NCBI RefSeq assembly: GCF_006345805.1
Contig: NC_043002.1
Span: 116,622,001-116,686,000, forward strand
Direction: 5' to 3'
Length of the DNA: 64,000 nucleotides
DNA from: Octopus sinensis
Lineage: Eukaryota
Each line of letters opens with the position of its first letter. The stretch's first letter is position 1. The position numbers and the translations under genes are program-made. The notes beneath the pieces are model-generated. The model saw nothing but the letters and a program-made list of their open reading frames with translations. It made no database searches and was not told where the DNA came from. Positions 13,046 to 28,310 of this stretch are shown here, piece by piece.

Positions 13046-13286
13046 TAGACCTGATAAGTGACTATATTTTTAGATAGAATTAAATTTAGTTCGATTTTTA
13101 AATCGAATTGATTTTAATCATTATTATCTATTTGAAGATATAGCCATGAAACGTACGGACTCTTTTTACTACCATTTACTATTTATTGCACTTTATTGAT
13201 TTTTAAAATAAGGTTTTTTTATAGTATATGTTTTGTATATGGTGTGGATAACCTCTTTATTTAATTATTTAATAGAGTTTTTCTAA

Positions 13287-13344
<58 letters not shown>

Positions 13345-13672
13345 CTACACACAATTCCATATATTCACCGACACAATTTGCATATATGGAATTCAATGAT
13401 ATCAAAGTTTGGGTCCATAACTATGGTTATCAGCTTAGTATGAGAAAGATAAAGAATCAAGATTTCACCTAAACTTTTTGACTGAAAACACTCTCCCTAG
13501 GTGTCTTTAGTGCAGCATTCACCCTACTACATCTCTTTTAGAACGAGAATTATTAGATATTAAAGAGTAAAGCATATTTATGGTCAAGGTAATGTGCTTA
13601 AATGAAACGAATATAAATATACATGAATATTTTGCCTATTTGTCACAATTTTGAAATGTTTAATATAAGGTA

Positions 13673-13883
13673 GGTCGGTGAGCTGGAAGTATAGTTAACA
13701 CGTCGGGCAAAATGTTTAGCGGCATTTCATTCGTCCTTTCGCCCTGAGTTCAAATGCCACCGAGGTCGACTTTGCCCTACATCTTTTCGTGTCAAGGAAA
13801 TAAATAACAGTCGAGCACTGGGGTCGGTGTAATCGGCGTACCCACATCGCCGGACCTGCTGGCCCTGTGCCAAAATGTGAACC
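13673..13883 (+). mobile_element. SINE family A, diverged
   Basis: Head GGTCGGTGAGCTGG, GAGTTCAAAT, tail GGCCCTGTGCCAAAATGTGAAC. Confidence 0.8.
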
Positions 13884-14324
13884 GATATATCTAAATGATA
13901 TGTTATGTGCAGTTTGAAGCTGCTAACGTTGTTTCTGAGGAAAGTTTGACTGCGATAAAAAGTTGAAACGGCTGCATAAATACTCACTTTTGACCGTGAC
14001 AGTCCTGTATTTTCTTTTATTCTTGTTTCTTTTCAAACACGATCTCTAGAGATCTATTGTTCCTCTGTACCAAAAGATTTATATTATAATGGAATGGTAC
14101 AACTATTGCTTAGCAGATCATGACATCATGCAAAAACACAGACGGCAGCTCGACAATACCGAAAGAGATTCAAAGTACGTGCAACTCGGGCATTTGTTAC
14201 GCACATTACTTTCTTCTTTTCTCAGTCTATCTGCATTTATCTCTCTTTCTCTCTTATGTACCTATAAACACACACACACACACACAAACACAAGTATATA
14301 TATATATATGTATTTATGTATTTG

Positions 14325-14500
14325 TGTGTCTGTGTTTGTGACCCCACTATCGCTTGGCAACTGATGTTGGATGTGTTTAGCTCCTCGTAACTTAGCGGTT
14401 CAGTAAAAAAGGCGATAGAATAAGTACTAGACTAACAAGAAATAAGTCTTGGTGTCGATTTGTTCGACTAAAGGTAGTGCTCCAGTGAAACAAATAAAAG
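14325..14500 (+). mobile_element. SINE family B tail fragment
   Basis: CCCCACTATCGCTTGGCAAC...GATAGAATAAGTACTAG...GTGCTCCAG. Confidence 0.75.
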
Positions 14501-14513
14501 GAGAAAAGTGCAT

Positions 14514-14547
<34 letters not shown>

Positions 14548-16832
14548 GCACACACACACACACACATATATATATTTATATATATATATATATACATACA
14601 TATATATATATATATACACTCACATGCATACACACACACACACACACACGCACACACGCACACACACACACACATAAGTTCGTGCGTACGTGTTTATCTT
14701 TTGTCTAACCTTTTGCAAATACGGGATCAATTCTCACTTTTTCCCCTCAGTGAATATTCCTAAGAAAATTATTTTCATGTGAAAGATATGATGACAGTCC
14801 TTGTCATTCAACAAATCATTACTTCACAATAAAAGCGTTGTGATCAGTTTAGATAATGTTTAAATACTGCTTGACAGTATTTTATATACATGTACCGTCA
14901 CGAATAGATGCTCCTCTGTTTCTGGCCCCGTTGCAGAACCTCTCTCTTTCTCATCAACCCCTCCCGCTCAAGGGCCCCGTCACTGCATCTTCTATATAAT
15001 CTGGTTTCTTCATCTGCATTTCTTTCTGAGACTGTCGATCAACTCTGGAATTTGTTTTTCATTGGGATTGTACTTCGTTTCTTTACTTTTACTTTTTCAA
15101 GTTCCCTTTGACTTGTCTTCCCTCTTTAAACCTTATACTGTTCTGAAAAAAGGTTTATGAGTGAAACGTCATAACAATGAACTTCCATTTCTCCCAGTGT
15201 CAAGCTAATAATTTTGATAGTAAAAGTATCCGTCTTGTTGCTTTTTGTTCTTCATCACATATTCATCACTTGCTCTGGCAAACTTTCCATGTTTGCCTAG
15301 CCACCTCACTCAATCATTGGAGTACCTTAATTATTGGAGTTCCTTACACATTTGCTCACCGTTACCTACACCTATGAAAATAAAATTTCACTACGATTTT
15401 AAATTAAATTGGATATTTGCCTTTGATTATAAATTGTCACTACTTTCCCCAGCTCTTCTAACACCTTTCATCATATATTTCCTTATTCAATTCAGCTCCT
15501 TTCTATATTCACTTCTTTCCTACTCTAATCTGTGTTCTCTATATGAACAACATGCCACACCTTCATGCGTTACTCAAAAGTCTTCACTTCCAGATAGAGA
15601 TGAAGTACATATCACTATCTTCTCACGAATTCTTTTCAAAATCAAGCCTCATTTGACTTCTAAGCCGTTGCGTCCACTAGCACTCATCAATTGTAGCTTT
15701 TGCCTTAATTTACACACATCTTCATACTTCTTTCCTATTATTGATTTATTCTCATTCATTCTTCTTGTCTTCTCCAAGCTACCATTCATTCTACTTTCTC
15801 CCGTATCCGCAGCATAGATCACCAACTCTCTCAGACCCACCTTCTCTGCTATTCTCTTTGCAATCGACCTTTCGTCCAAATTTATTCCTGTCTTCATTCT
15901 ACTCCTCAACACTCGGTATGTCAACTTTCTCACATTAAAAAGAGTAAAGTCGACATCCTATTCCGCTCTACCACTACCCTTAGCAACATCTTAACCTCAC
16001 CCGATTTATTTTTTACTCTACTCGCTCAACCCCGGCTATACCTCCTATACTCAACACCCAACGACCCAGCTCTTCCACTACTCCATTTCCTCATACTCTA
16101 GATCACTCCTATCTCAACCTGCCATACACACAACTGATATAGCCAATTGTTTACAGTAGACGCAGCAGCCAGTGTCAAGTGCAAAAGATACTCAGATACT
16201 TTCAGCAAAATCTTACAATCTGATGTGTCGTCAAAACAGAGTCCATGCCTGAGATCAGCATACAGGGATGGGATAACCCAAGCACCATGGCTGCAAGTCT
16301 TTGTGTATATTACAAGACCATTTGTGACCAAACTTGTGCCTCCATTGCCTTCAACTATTTCACAGTCCTTTGTCGCAAAGGGAACATCTCTATTACCCTG
16401 TAGACTCAACGGTCAGATAACGGCAAACAGCTGTAGGAGTCGATGGATATAAAAACCTTTGCCTCTATGTCCATGTGTGCTTGTCTGCGTGTAAGTGTAT
16501 ATGCGTATGCGTGTGCACGTACATTCACAGTCCCCATTCTTTCCTCCGTTGCTCCCTCTTTTGTGTATGTACCTATACGCATATTTGTTTGTGTGCATGA
16601 GCATGGGCATGTGTGTACCCCTGAACGTCAGTGTGCATATGGGCAAAGATGTTAACCTGTGTGCCTGACGTGTGCAGGCCTGTGCCCGGTCACGCGCGTA
16701 TTTGGAAGCGTGTGTAAATATGCATGATCGTGCGTCTTTTTACGTACGCGTGTTTTGTAACTAATGGCATAAATATCATGATTCAATGATTTACATATAA
16801 CCTGCATTTTTTGAACTTATTATTGTTATTAC

Positions 16833-16933
<101 letters not shown>

Positions 16934-16953
16934 CATTATTATCATTATTATTA

Positions 16954-18655
<1,702 letters not shown>

Positions 18656-18658
<3 letters not shown>

Positions 18659-20150
18659 TAGTTTTATTTTTATTTTTATAGCGTGCTTTCACTTCACTAC
18701 CGAGCGCAGCTCTGTGTGCCTTGGGTATGTGCTGTGATTTGTTGTGATGCTCTGATGGTTATTGTATGGAAAGTGTTCTGCGTAGGATATGTGCAGTGCC
18801 TAGTAGTGCAATTTTCTGTATGTTATATGTGTTTGTAAGTCCTGGTGTTTTTGTTATGTATTTGTCTGAATATTTTTTTATCATGCCTAATGCACCTACT
18901 ATGATAGGAATTGTTTCTGTTTTCAGATTCCACATTCTAGTTACCTCTATTTCCAGGTCTTTGTATTTTGAGAGTTTCTCCATTTCTTTTAGAGACACGT
19001 TGTCATCTGCCGGTACTGATACATCAATTAGAAAGCATTTTTTTTCTTCATGGTCTCTGACAACTATATCTGGTCTGTTGGCCTTAATTTCTCTATCTGT
19101 GTGTATCGGCATATCCCAGAGTATGGTTGCTTTCTCGTTTTCTGTGACCTTTTCTGGTGTGTGCCTATACCATCTTTTTTCTGTTGTTATTCCATAATGT
19201 TGGCATAGCTTCCAATGTATGTAAGTTCCAACTCTGTCATGTCTGTGAATATATTCCTTCTTAGCCAGGACTGGGCAGCTAGAGATAATATGATTTATTG
19301 TTTCTTGTCCATCTCCACATATTCTGCAGTTACTTGTAATATTTCTTTTCATTACATGTTTTTGGTAATTCTCTGGTGGGGAGGCTTTGGTCTTGTGCTG
19401 CAATTAAAAATCCCTCTGTTTCTGCTTTGAGTCCTGAGCTTCTCAACCATTGCTGGGATTTTTCTTTGTCTATTCTTTTGCGTTTAGTTTAGTCCAGTAT
19501 TTACCATGAAGGGGCTTTTCTTGCCATCGTTTTATCATGGTTCGTTGCTGTTCTATTTTTAGTTTGGATTTCATTTTTTTTATAGCTTTTGTTGTTTCTT
19601 CATCTTCTTCTTCTTCTTCTTCATGTTTATTAGGTGGTATGATTTCTTGTTTGTATTTGTCAGCTTCCTTAAATACTGAGAACAGTTTTTTGTTTTGCTC
19701 GTGTTTTGCCGCTATCTGGATCAGTTTTCCTTCCTTCTGAAGTAGATATTTTTGCAGTCCTATGGTGGTTATTTTATAGTAGTTTTCCAGCTGTATAAGG
19801 CCTCTACCACCTTCTATACGTTGTATATATAGTCTTTCTATGTCAGATTTTGGGTGATGCATCCTAGATCCTGTCATTATTTTTCTTGTTTTCCTGTCTA
19901 TTTTGGTCAGTTCATTTCGTGTCCAGTTAAGGATATTGTAGCTGTAACTTATAACTGGGACAGCTAAAGTGTTGATACCTATTATCTTGTTTTTAGCATT
20001 GAGCTCTGTGTTTAGTATTGATCTAACTCGTCTATAATATTCTTTTTTTATTTTCTCTTTCATTTGTGTGTGTTGTGTCTTATCTAGTTCATGGATTCCT
20101 AAGTATTTGTAAGTTTGGCTTTGGTCTAATTCTTTTATTTCATTTGCTTC
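18656..20150 (-). mobile_element. R4/Dong-clade non-LTR retrotransposon, family A, 5'-truncated (RT thumb, CCHC, RLE, 3' UTR)
   Basis: YKYLG, RLYIQRIEGGRGL, CRICGDGQETINHIISSC, RHD, ANRPDIVV...LIDVS...EKLSKYKDL, IVGALG; ORFs 19470-20063 and 18759-19403. Confidence 0.93.
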
Positions 20151-20157
20151 ATTATTA

Positions 20158-20212
<55 letters not shown>

Positions 20213-20234
20213 GTTATTGTTATTGTTATTGTTA

Positions 20235-20293
<59 letters not shown>

Positions 20294-20296
<3 letters not shown>

Positions 20297-20487
20297 TAGT
20301 TTTATTTTTATAGCGTGCTTTCACTTCACTACCGAGCGCAGCTCTGTGTGCCTTGGGTATGTGTTGTGATTTGTTGTGATGCTCTGATGGTTATTGTATG
20401 GAAAGTGTTCTGCGTAGGATGTGTGCAGTGCCTAGTAGTGCAATTTTCTGTATGTTATATGTGTTTGTAAGTCCTGGTGTTTTTGTT
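20294..20487 (-). mobile_element. R4/Dong family A short 3'-end copy
   Basis: Near-identical to 18656-18858; embedded in (ATT)n. Confidence 0.9.
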
Positions 20488-20503
20488 ATTATTATTATTA
20501 TTA

Positions 20504-20570
<67 letters not shown>

Positions 20571-21140
20571 GAGTGAGAGAGCAGTTCATGCCATCAAAGT
20601 GACACTGGGGTAAAATATACGAAGCCCAGTATACCCATCATGACTACCTGTCTGATAAAGGTACACCAGGCACATGCATCACAACCATATGTGCGCGACA
20701 TGGTGATCTCATATCAAGATAAACAGCACATGACCTTGCAGGTGGGGCCCAGTTAGAATTTTCTTCAGGTTGAGTAGCCCATCCCGCTCAAACGGTCCCT
20801 GAATAAGGGTTGTTTAAGGATGTTGAAAGAACCACCCATGTTTCCAGAGGTGAACTATGCAAACCCCAAAGAATCCCTCTCAACACATGGCTATGATGTT
20901 CCCCCACTACTTCTGCTCGTGATCAGAGATGCACATATCGTCAGCCACTAAGAGACATGCTCAACTGGTTATGGTCAAACAACTGACAAGCAAATCTGTG
21001 GTATTGAGCAGAATATTTGCTGTAGCCCATCTTGATACCAAGACAAAACAATGTACATGATAACACTTCCAATCAGTTAAGATCAGAAGTGTTATCTTAA
21101 CTGATTGGAAGTGTTATCATGTACATTGTTTTGTCTTGGT
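20571..21140 (-). mobile_element. Element X copy 2 with a fold-back end
   Basis: Matches 17028-17535; ends in a 47-bp perfect inverted duplication. Confidence 0.75.
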
Positions 21141-21178
21141 TATCATTATCATTATTATTATTATCATTATTATTATTA

Positions 21179-21236
<58 letters not shown>

Positions 21237-21408
21237 CATCATCATCATCATCATCATCATTATCCTCATCATCATCATTATTATTATTATTATTATTATC
21301 ATTATTATTATTAGTATTATTATTATCATTATTATTATTATTATTATCATCACTATTATTATCATCATCATCATCATCATCATCATTATTATCATTATTA
21401 TCATTATT

Positions 21409-21490
21409 CAGTATTCTTATTTTTATCACGTGCTGTTACTGCACTACCGAGCGCAGCTCTGTGTGCCATAGGTATGTGCTGTGGCTTGTT
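21409..21490 (-). mobile_element. Diverged R4/Dong family A 3' UTR fragment
   Basis: CACTACCGAGCGCAGCTCTGTGTGCC shared with the family A 3' UTR. Confidence 0.8.
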
Positions 21491-21814
21491 TATTATTATT
21501 ATTATTATAAAATGTTCTTTTCCTGATATCTACTGTATTTACACATTATCCATCGGGCGCCTTCCAGATACCTGAGGTACATAATGGATGTGATGTTCTT
21601 AATGCATTTGGTGATTGTATAATGCAGAGTAGCGCTAGGACTGGATTAAGATAAATGGAATTATAAAAAACAAATAAAGATAATAAAAATTATAAAAATT
21701 GTGCACGTGAGTGCTCATTAGAAAGATTCTATAGATTTATGAAATTTACTGTGAGAATGCTCTACATAAAATGTGTGTAGTATCCATTAGGGTTATTTTT
21801 TGTTTTTCCTTTAA

Positions 21815-22070
21815 ACATTATTTACATTACTTACATTCAGCGGATATTTGTCCTCATCTTGTTTGTTGTTAACACAAGGCTTCGGCTGATATAACCTCCA
21901 GTCTTCTTCAGGTGTCTTGGGGAAATTTCAAACATGGGTTCTCATTCCTAAGGTAAAAAAAAATCCAAGAGATCTGAAGAAGGCTGGAGATTATATCAGC
22001 CGAAACTTTGTGTTAACAACAAACAAGATGAGGACAAATATCCGCTGAATGTAAATAATGTAAATAATGT
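21815..22070. mobile_element. Palindromic non-autonomous element made of two inverted hammerhead-bearing repeats (Penelope pLTR-like)
   Basis: ~97-bp arms 21815-21911 and 21974-22070; CTGAAGA-A-GGCTG...CAGCC-GAAAC at 21974-22006. Confidence 0.7.
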
Positions 22071-22559
22071 AAATAATGCACATAATTCCTCGTCTCTTAA
22101 ATATAGAACTGTATGTATTTTCTTGTGGAGAATGAATTTCTCAGTTTCTTATTACCGCTAGTGCCTCTATGATAGCAGCTGCCGTAGTAGTTTTCTGCTG
22201 CCACATTGTGGCAATCACCCTACATAGGTGATTGTATTTCTGCATTTTATTAAGTTCTTTGATTACTTCAATGTTTTCCGTGGGGACAAGTATACCAACT
22301 TCGTTCTCTGTGGCAATTGCATCCACCAAAGGCCGTAATGCAAAGAAAGTCAGGCAGATCCCCAGACAGATAACTAAAAGGAAACTTTCTATTTGGCGTT
22401 GGACGTTTTAGACAAATGACTAATAGTAATTCATTGCGAAGGTCTTTTAAGGTTTGACAACCAAAGACGAGGCTGAATCAAGCGACCTTCTTGAGGACAA
22501 AGGTGTGAGATCTCTTCCATTTCTTTTTTTTCTTCATCACAAACTTAGCTGTTCTTAGA

Positions 22560-24430
22560 GATGGGTGTATAAATGTGTACTGCCTGAGCTCAGCTTGGAA
22601 GCAAGTTTACTTGTCCAACTACCTCATGTTGCTTGACACAGAGTGGAAACCATCAGCGAGACCAAGATCTCTGGCGCGTATGAATTCGCATCCATTTTCG
22701 TTTACAATGAGATATTCTCAATTCGTGGCCTGTCGGAATCGGATGACAGGATAGCGGTTCTATTCCAGAAATCTTTAGATCTCAAAGTATAGAGAATTTC
22801 CCTAGAATCAGTTACTAAGCAGTTGATCTTGGAATGCGAAAGGCAGCGAAGGTGTTGCATTTAAATCAGTGTTCACTTATGTTCTGACAGAGACATGACG
22901 GGCAAATTTGTTCAAAAGTATAGAAGCATTCCTGGAGATGTCACGATAACTACTACTAGTTGGGGTATTGGAACTATGTTTTAGATAAGCAGAGGAACTG
23001 TGCGGGGGATAACACAAAAGTAAAATGATTGCAAACTCTCACAGAGCAGAGGTTTCCAACTGCTTGACAAGTACTGACTAGAGTGCCAGTGTGGATTGGA
23101 ACAACTAGAGCGGGCCATCCAGATCGTATCAAGAAAGGGTATTTGTTAGGCTAGCATGTATAGTGTAGGGTGTCAACTTTGTGGCCTAAAAATTAAGGAT
23201 CTGCTCGGTCGACTTAGGATTTATAGACGGGTCCGGTGATAAGAAATTGAATGTGCTCTTAACGACGCGCAAACACTGAGTCCTTGTGGGTCTTGTGTGT
23301 GTGTGCGCGTGCGCGTGTGTATGTGTGTACTTCAGAGAGGAATATAATCACAACACTCCTATATTAGCTGTTACTTTAACAAATTTAATCTCACGCCAAA
23401 TTTCCCTCAAACACTTTTCCATTTCGGTTTGGGTTAATATTTCCAAGATGCAACGTTAGACCACTGTTACTTTGCACAACTGTTGTCCCAAAAGGTCCCG
23501 TAGTACTAGCGAAGAATTGTTTATTTGTGACCAATATCGATGTGTTGTTGCGCTTGTCTCCAGTAAGACAGATTAGCGAATTAGTTAACAGGAATAATCG
23601 TCAAAATCCAGTGGTGGGTCACCGTGAAGAGGACGATTAGAACTGAATCAATAACGTTTAGGAAAGACCTAATGATAGATAGAAATAGATTGGATGGGGA
23701 ATCTAGAAACAAGTGATTATTAAAGGCATCTCGACCGATGTACTAGCGGTGAGAATGACCCTTGACTATTTCTTCTGTAAGAAACATGAAGGCTGCATCA
23801 TCAGCTTAAACATGAGGGAACAAGAGTCGTCCGATGAGGTTTAGTGACAGAGGCGCAATACGGCAATGTCACAATCAGGACTTTGACAGACGGAAACGAA
23901 CACATGTTACTCGATTCCGAGCACACATGTGTAGCTTTCCAGCGGCATTTCACCTGACTGTAAGGGGCTGGTAACGGGGCGGAAAAAGTAGTGGTCTTTG
24001 GCTCCTAAACCGACTGAGTTCCACATGTCTCGGAAAAAGAAGCGAAGTTCTGTGAAAAGTAGAGAACGATTGCTGAAATACAGGAAATAAAGAACTACTG
24101 TACAAGGTTTTAATAGCTTAGTTTGGACGGTCTACCCTTTGAATTCTACCTGATCATACCATACCTGTTTAGTGACCTCTCGATAGACGTCTTGCGCAGT
24201 AGACACTAGAATGGGAGAGTTCTTGAACTACTAAAAATAGTTTCCAGTAAAGGCGATATCGCAGGCAGTTTTGGTTAAGAATGCTGTTAAACATAGAAAT
24301 TAGAATTTTAGCCAAAGTGTAAGCGAGAATGCTGGCATTTGTCATCGGTGGTCGTGTAAGGGTTAATGTGCAAGATCCCAAACAATACCATTCACAATAA
24401 TTTCACCTTATACAATGCATGATGCAGAGA
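22560..24430 (+). mobile_element. L1/Tx1-type LINE ORF2 relic (APE endonuclease to start of RT), heavily degenerate
   Basis: GCINVYCL (22563), ETISETK, GPG..KLNVLL (~23230), LDGLPFEFY (24123-24149), LLNIEIRILAKV (24284-24319); many stops and frameshifts. Confidence 0.75.
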
Positions 24431-24758
24431 AAGCTGGAACAAAGCTGAAAGCACATTCTTTCTGTGCACAAAAAGAGGGCCGGAATCATCTGACGAACGT
24501 TTCGTGATTTGCTGACCACGCCTTAACGACGACGTGTCTGGCTTCCTTCCTCAATCAATGGCATTAGTGAGCTGCTGTGTAAAGCAGTCATAACGTAGGC
24601 AAGACGTTAAGCGCTTGCCTAATTTGCATTAGTATGCTTCTGACAGCTCACCATTCATTAAATGAATATTTATTTTATGCACAGCACAGTGTAAGTCAAA
24701 ACTGAAACACACTCACACACACACACACACAAACAAACACACGTGTGTGTGTATATAT

Positions 24759-24817
<59 letters not shown>

Positions 24818-24827
24818 ACATGCATAC

Positions 24828-24869
<42 letters not shown>

Positions 24870-24904
24870 TAATATAAATAATATATAAATATATGCGTAT
24901 ATAC

Positions 24905-25130
24905 ATACATATATACACTTACATCTATATGTATATATACATGCATATATGGGTACAGGAATATAAAAAAAAACGTTGAACACAATGAGAAACGAGAACA
25001 TAAAAACAAAAGCATGGAAACGAACTATTTTTCAAACAACGAAAAAACAGAGTACAAGACATACAACACAAGGAATATTTCCCTTCTTCAGTTGTCCCTC
25101 TTTCGTCTACTCCGCGTTTCGATATATATA
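24905..25130 (-). repeat. Repeat family E terminal segment (probably Penelope-associated)
   Basis: Reverse-complement match to 31605-31830. Confidence 0.7.
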
Positions 25131-26280
25131 TATGGATATATAAATGTATGTATGTATTACACACACATCAGCATACACACACAGAGTACGTATATGTGAA
25201 TATATCTTTATTTATCTATCGATCTTCTATCTGTCTGCATATATACATATATACAAACATACATACGAGAACATACAAGATCTCTGAGTTTCACTTTTGT
25301 GAACACCCTGAATTTAATGTTATGTAAATCCGTTTAAGAGCTGAATTGTGTTACTTTTTTGTTGCGTTAGTTTCATATTTTTGAAACTGCCTGGGATTTA
25401 CATCGATCTTAGGAGTCTCCATTTTGAAGAAACAATATTTTTCTGATTACTTGGAAATGTATTACATGTTTGTTATTGTTCTTATGTAAATTATTTTCAG
25501 TTTATTATATCTTTCTAGTACTGTTTATCTGTGAGATTTTGTTGATTCTCATGTTATACTTCGTAAGAGAACAAAACAAACAAAAAAAACCTGAAAATAC
25601 AAACATTGCTTATTTTATTAGGAATAAAAAAAAACAACACACATTTTAATTGCAAGTGAGAAAAACGAAAAAAAAAATGCCTGATACAAAAATGATGTTG
25701 AGCAAAGAGGCTGTTGGAGTGAAATAACCGATGAAAATAAAAGAAAAAAACTTCGCAGCCCTGATTGTTTCACTTCCATGAATATGAAACTAATGTCGAA
25801 AATCCTACAAATGTTGATATTTATAAAACTATGCAGTTCTTTCAATCCAATGTTTGATTCCTGTGCTTACATGGGATGGAAAATCTGGATTACAAAAACA
25901 GGTTTGTTTTATTCACATTTTAAAAGTCAATTTGCTTTGGTGATCAACAAGAATGTAGAGTAATATACATTGTACTAAATGCTACACTATGTTTGTTAAA
26001 TTATAAATTGAAAGATTTGTCCTTCAATGTATGATGAGCAAAATTTCATAAGGTCCATAATTGAAAAAGAGACTTTCTTGTGTTGAAGTTACAGATGACA
26101 GAATGCAAACTGACAACCACTGAGTCTGTTGTCTGATTTTCAATTGATTTAGTCTAATATCTCACTGATTGACAGCTAAATAAATATTAAGTTTTATCAT
26201 ACAGAAGTAACTGGTTCTACAAATTAAAGTAAAATATTATTTGTTCAATGTTGCATTTTCAAAAATCAAAACATGTGAAG

Positions 26281-26369
<89 letters not shown>

Positions 26370-26434
26370 TGTTTAATACAATTTACTTTACAAATTTGGT
26401 CCTTCATCTAGTACAGCTTATTATAGAGATATTT

Positions 26435-27880
26435 TCAGCCATTCAATTTGGGGGAGAACTTAGTTATGAAGCATTTTTCCATTTTCCTCCTGAAGGAGGT
26501 GTCATTCTTTGGACATTTGTAGAAGGGAAAGATCTTAAATTTTCCTTCTCCACATGTATCCAGGTGTTTACTCAGTGGTATCTTGCGCAGTTTCTCCTGT
26601 CGGATATGTTGTCGGTGAATCCTGTCTCCTTGGCATAAAGAATTTCCAGTCTCACCTATGTAATCCTCCTTGCACGTGGGGCAGGTTATGCAGTATATTA
26701 CGTTCTGCGTCTTGCAGTTCATATCTGCATTTATTTTAAATATGTGACCACTTTTAAATTTCATTTCTTTGTCTCCCTCTATGTATTTGTAGGTACCATC
26801 TCCGCACTCTTTTACAAAGAATTCAGTTTTAGTTTCTGATGAGAATTTCGCTCTTGTTAGTTGCTTCTTCAAGTTTTTGTCTTGTCGTCTACTGTTTTTT
26901 ATGCAATATTTGTTTAGTATGTTTTCCATTTTGGGACTTTGTAAGACTATTGGTAGGTTTGAACGTATGATTTGAAACATGTTGGTAACTTTAGGGTTGT
27001 GTGTGTTTATGAAAGGGATAATGTTTTCTTTGTTTTTTGTTTTGGGGGTCCTGAGTTGTGTGATGTCTAGTTTCATTGCTCTTGAGATTCCATTTTTTAT
27101 TAGTTTAAGGGCGTATTTTTGTTCTAGTAGGACGTTTTTAAGTTCATCTAGTCTTATTAGGCGTGTTTGTGAGTCAGTTACTATGCTGCATATGCGTCCA
27201 TATGCCATACTATATGGGATGTTTCTTTTTATGTAGGATGAGTGGCAGGAGTAGAAATTTAAATATTGGTGTGTGTCGGTTTTTTTGTAATGGATGTCTG
27301 TTGTGATGATGGAGTTGTGTATTTTGATGTTGATGTCTAGGAAGGGAAGTTCGTTGTGGCTGGTATCTATTGTGAAGTTGATAGATGGGTGCAGTGTGTT
27401 GAGGATGTTGTGGAATGTTTGTAGGTCTTCTTCTGATATGTTCCAAAAGATGAAGCAGTCATCGAGGTAGCATTTCCACTTTTTCTTGATGTCTTCTCTG
27501 AAGTCGTGTTCGAAGACTTTCCCTATTTCATCGTATAGTTTGTCCTCAAGGAAACCCATCACCAGGTCGGCATATGAAGGTGCGAATTTTGTACCCATAG
27601 CCGTGCCTTTTATCTGTCGGTATGTCTTGTTGTTAAATGAGAATGTATTTTCTTCGAATATTAATTGGGTGGCTTGGGTGATAAAGTCTGTCTTGAAAAG
27701 TTTATCAATGAGTTCCCTGTATTTTCTACTAATTGTTTTATTGCTTCCAGACCTAGGGTGTGTGGTATGTTCGTGTATAGGTTTGTGATATCGAAGCTTG
27801 CAAGTATGGTGTTTTTTTCGGAACTATATTTGGAATGTGTGTGAGAAAGTCTATGTCATCCCTTATATAGCTTGGTATAC
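26435..27880 (-). mobile_element. Penelope-like element: reverse transcriptase plus GIY-YIG endonuclease, 5'-truncated
   Basis: SFDITNLYTNIP, YRQIKGTAMGTKFAP, YLDD, LPFLD, KKTDTHQYL, then VIYCITCPTCKEDYIGET...HRQH...LSKH...EKCFI...PKLN; 387-aa ORF 26435-27598. Confidence 0.95.
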
Positions 27881-28037
27881 AGGCGTGACTCTGTGGTAAG
27901 TAGCTTGTTTGCCAACCACCTACTTCTAGGTTCAATCCCGTTGCGATTCAACTTGGGGAAGTGTCTTCTACTATGGCCTCGGGCTGACCAACGAATTGTG
28001 AGTGAATTTGGTAGACATAGACTAAAAGACACCGGTC

Positions 28038-28135
<98 letters not shown>

Positions 28136-28310
28136 CATATATATGTGTGTGTGTATGTTTGAATGTTTGTGTGTGTTTATGTCTGTCTTTATCCGCCGCC
28201 TCCGTTTGACAACCGATGTTAGTGTATTTCCGTATCCGTAACTTGACGGTTTGGCAAAAAAGATCGATAGAATGAGTACCAAGCTTAAAAAGTAATGGGG
28301 GTCGATTCAC
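27879..28310 (+). mobile_element. SINE family B
   Basis: Head AGGCGTGACTCTGTGGTAAGTAGC, internal (TA)n, tail. Confidence 0.8.

Noticed and set aside
14900-16000. Purine-rich minus-strand frames (ORF 15649-15933) as a gene
   Set aside because: No recognisable domain, fragmented; probably an unclassified retroelement relic
22141-22329. Minus-strand 62-aa ORF as a gene
   Set aside because: Lies just upstream of the Tx1 ORF2 relic; likely antisense to a decayed ORF1
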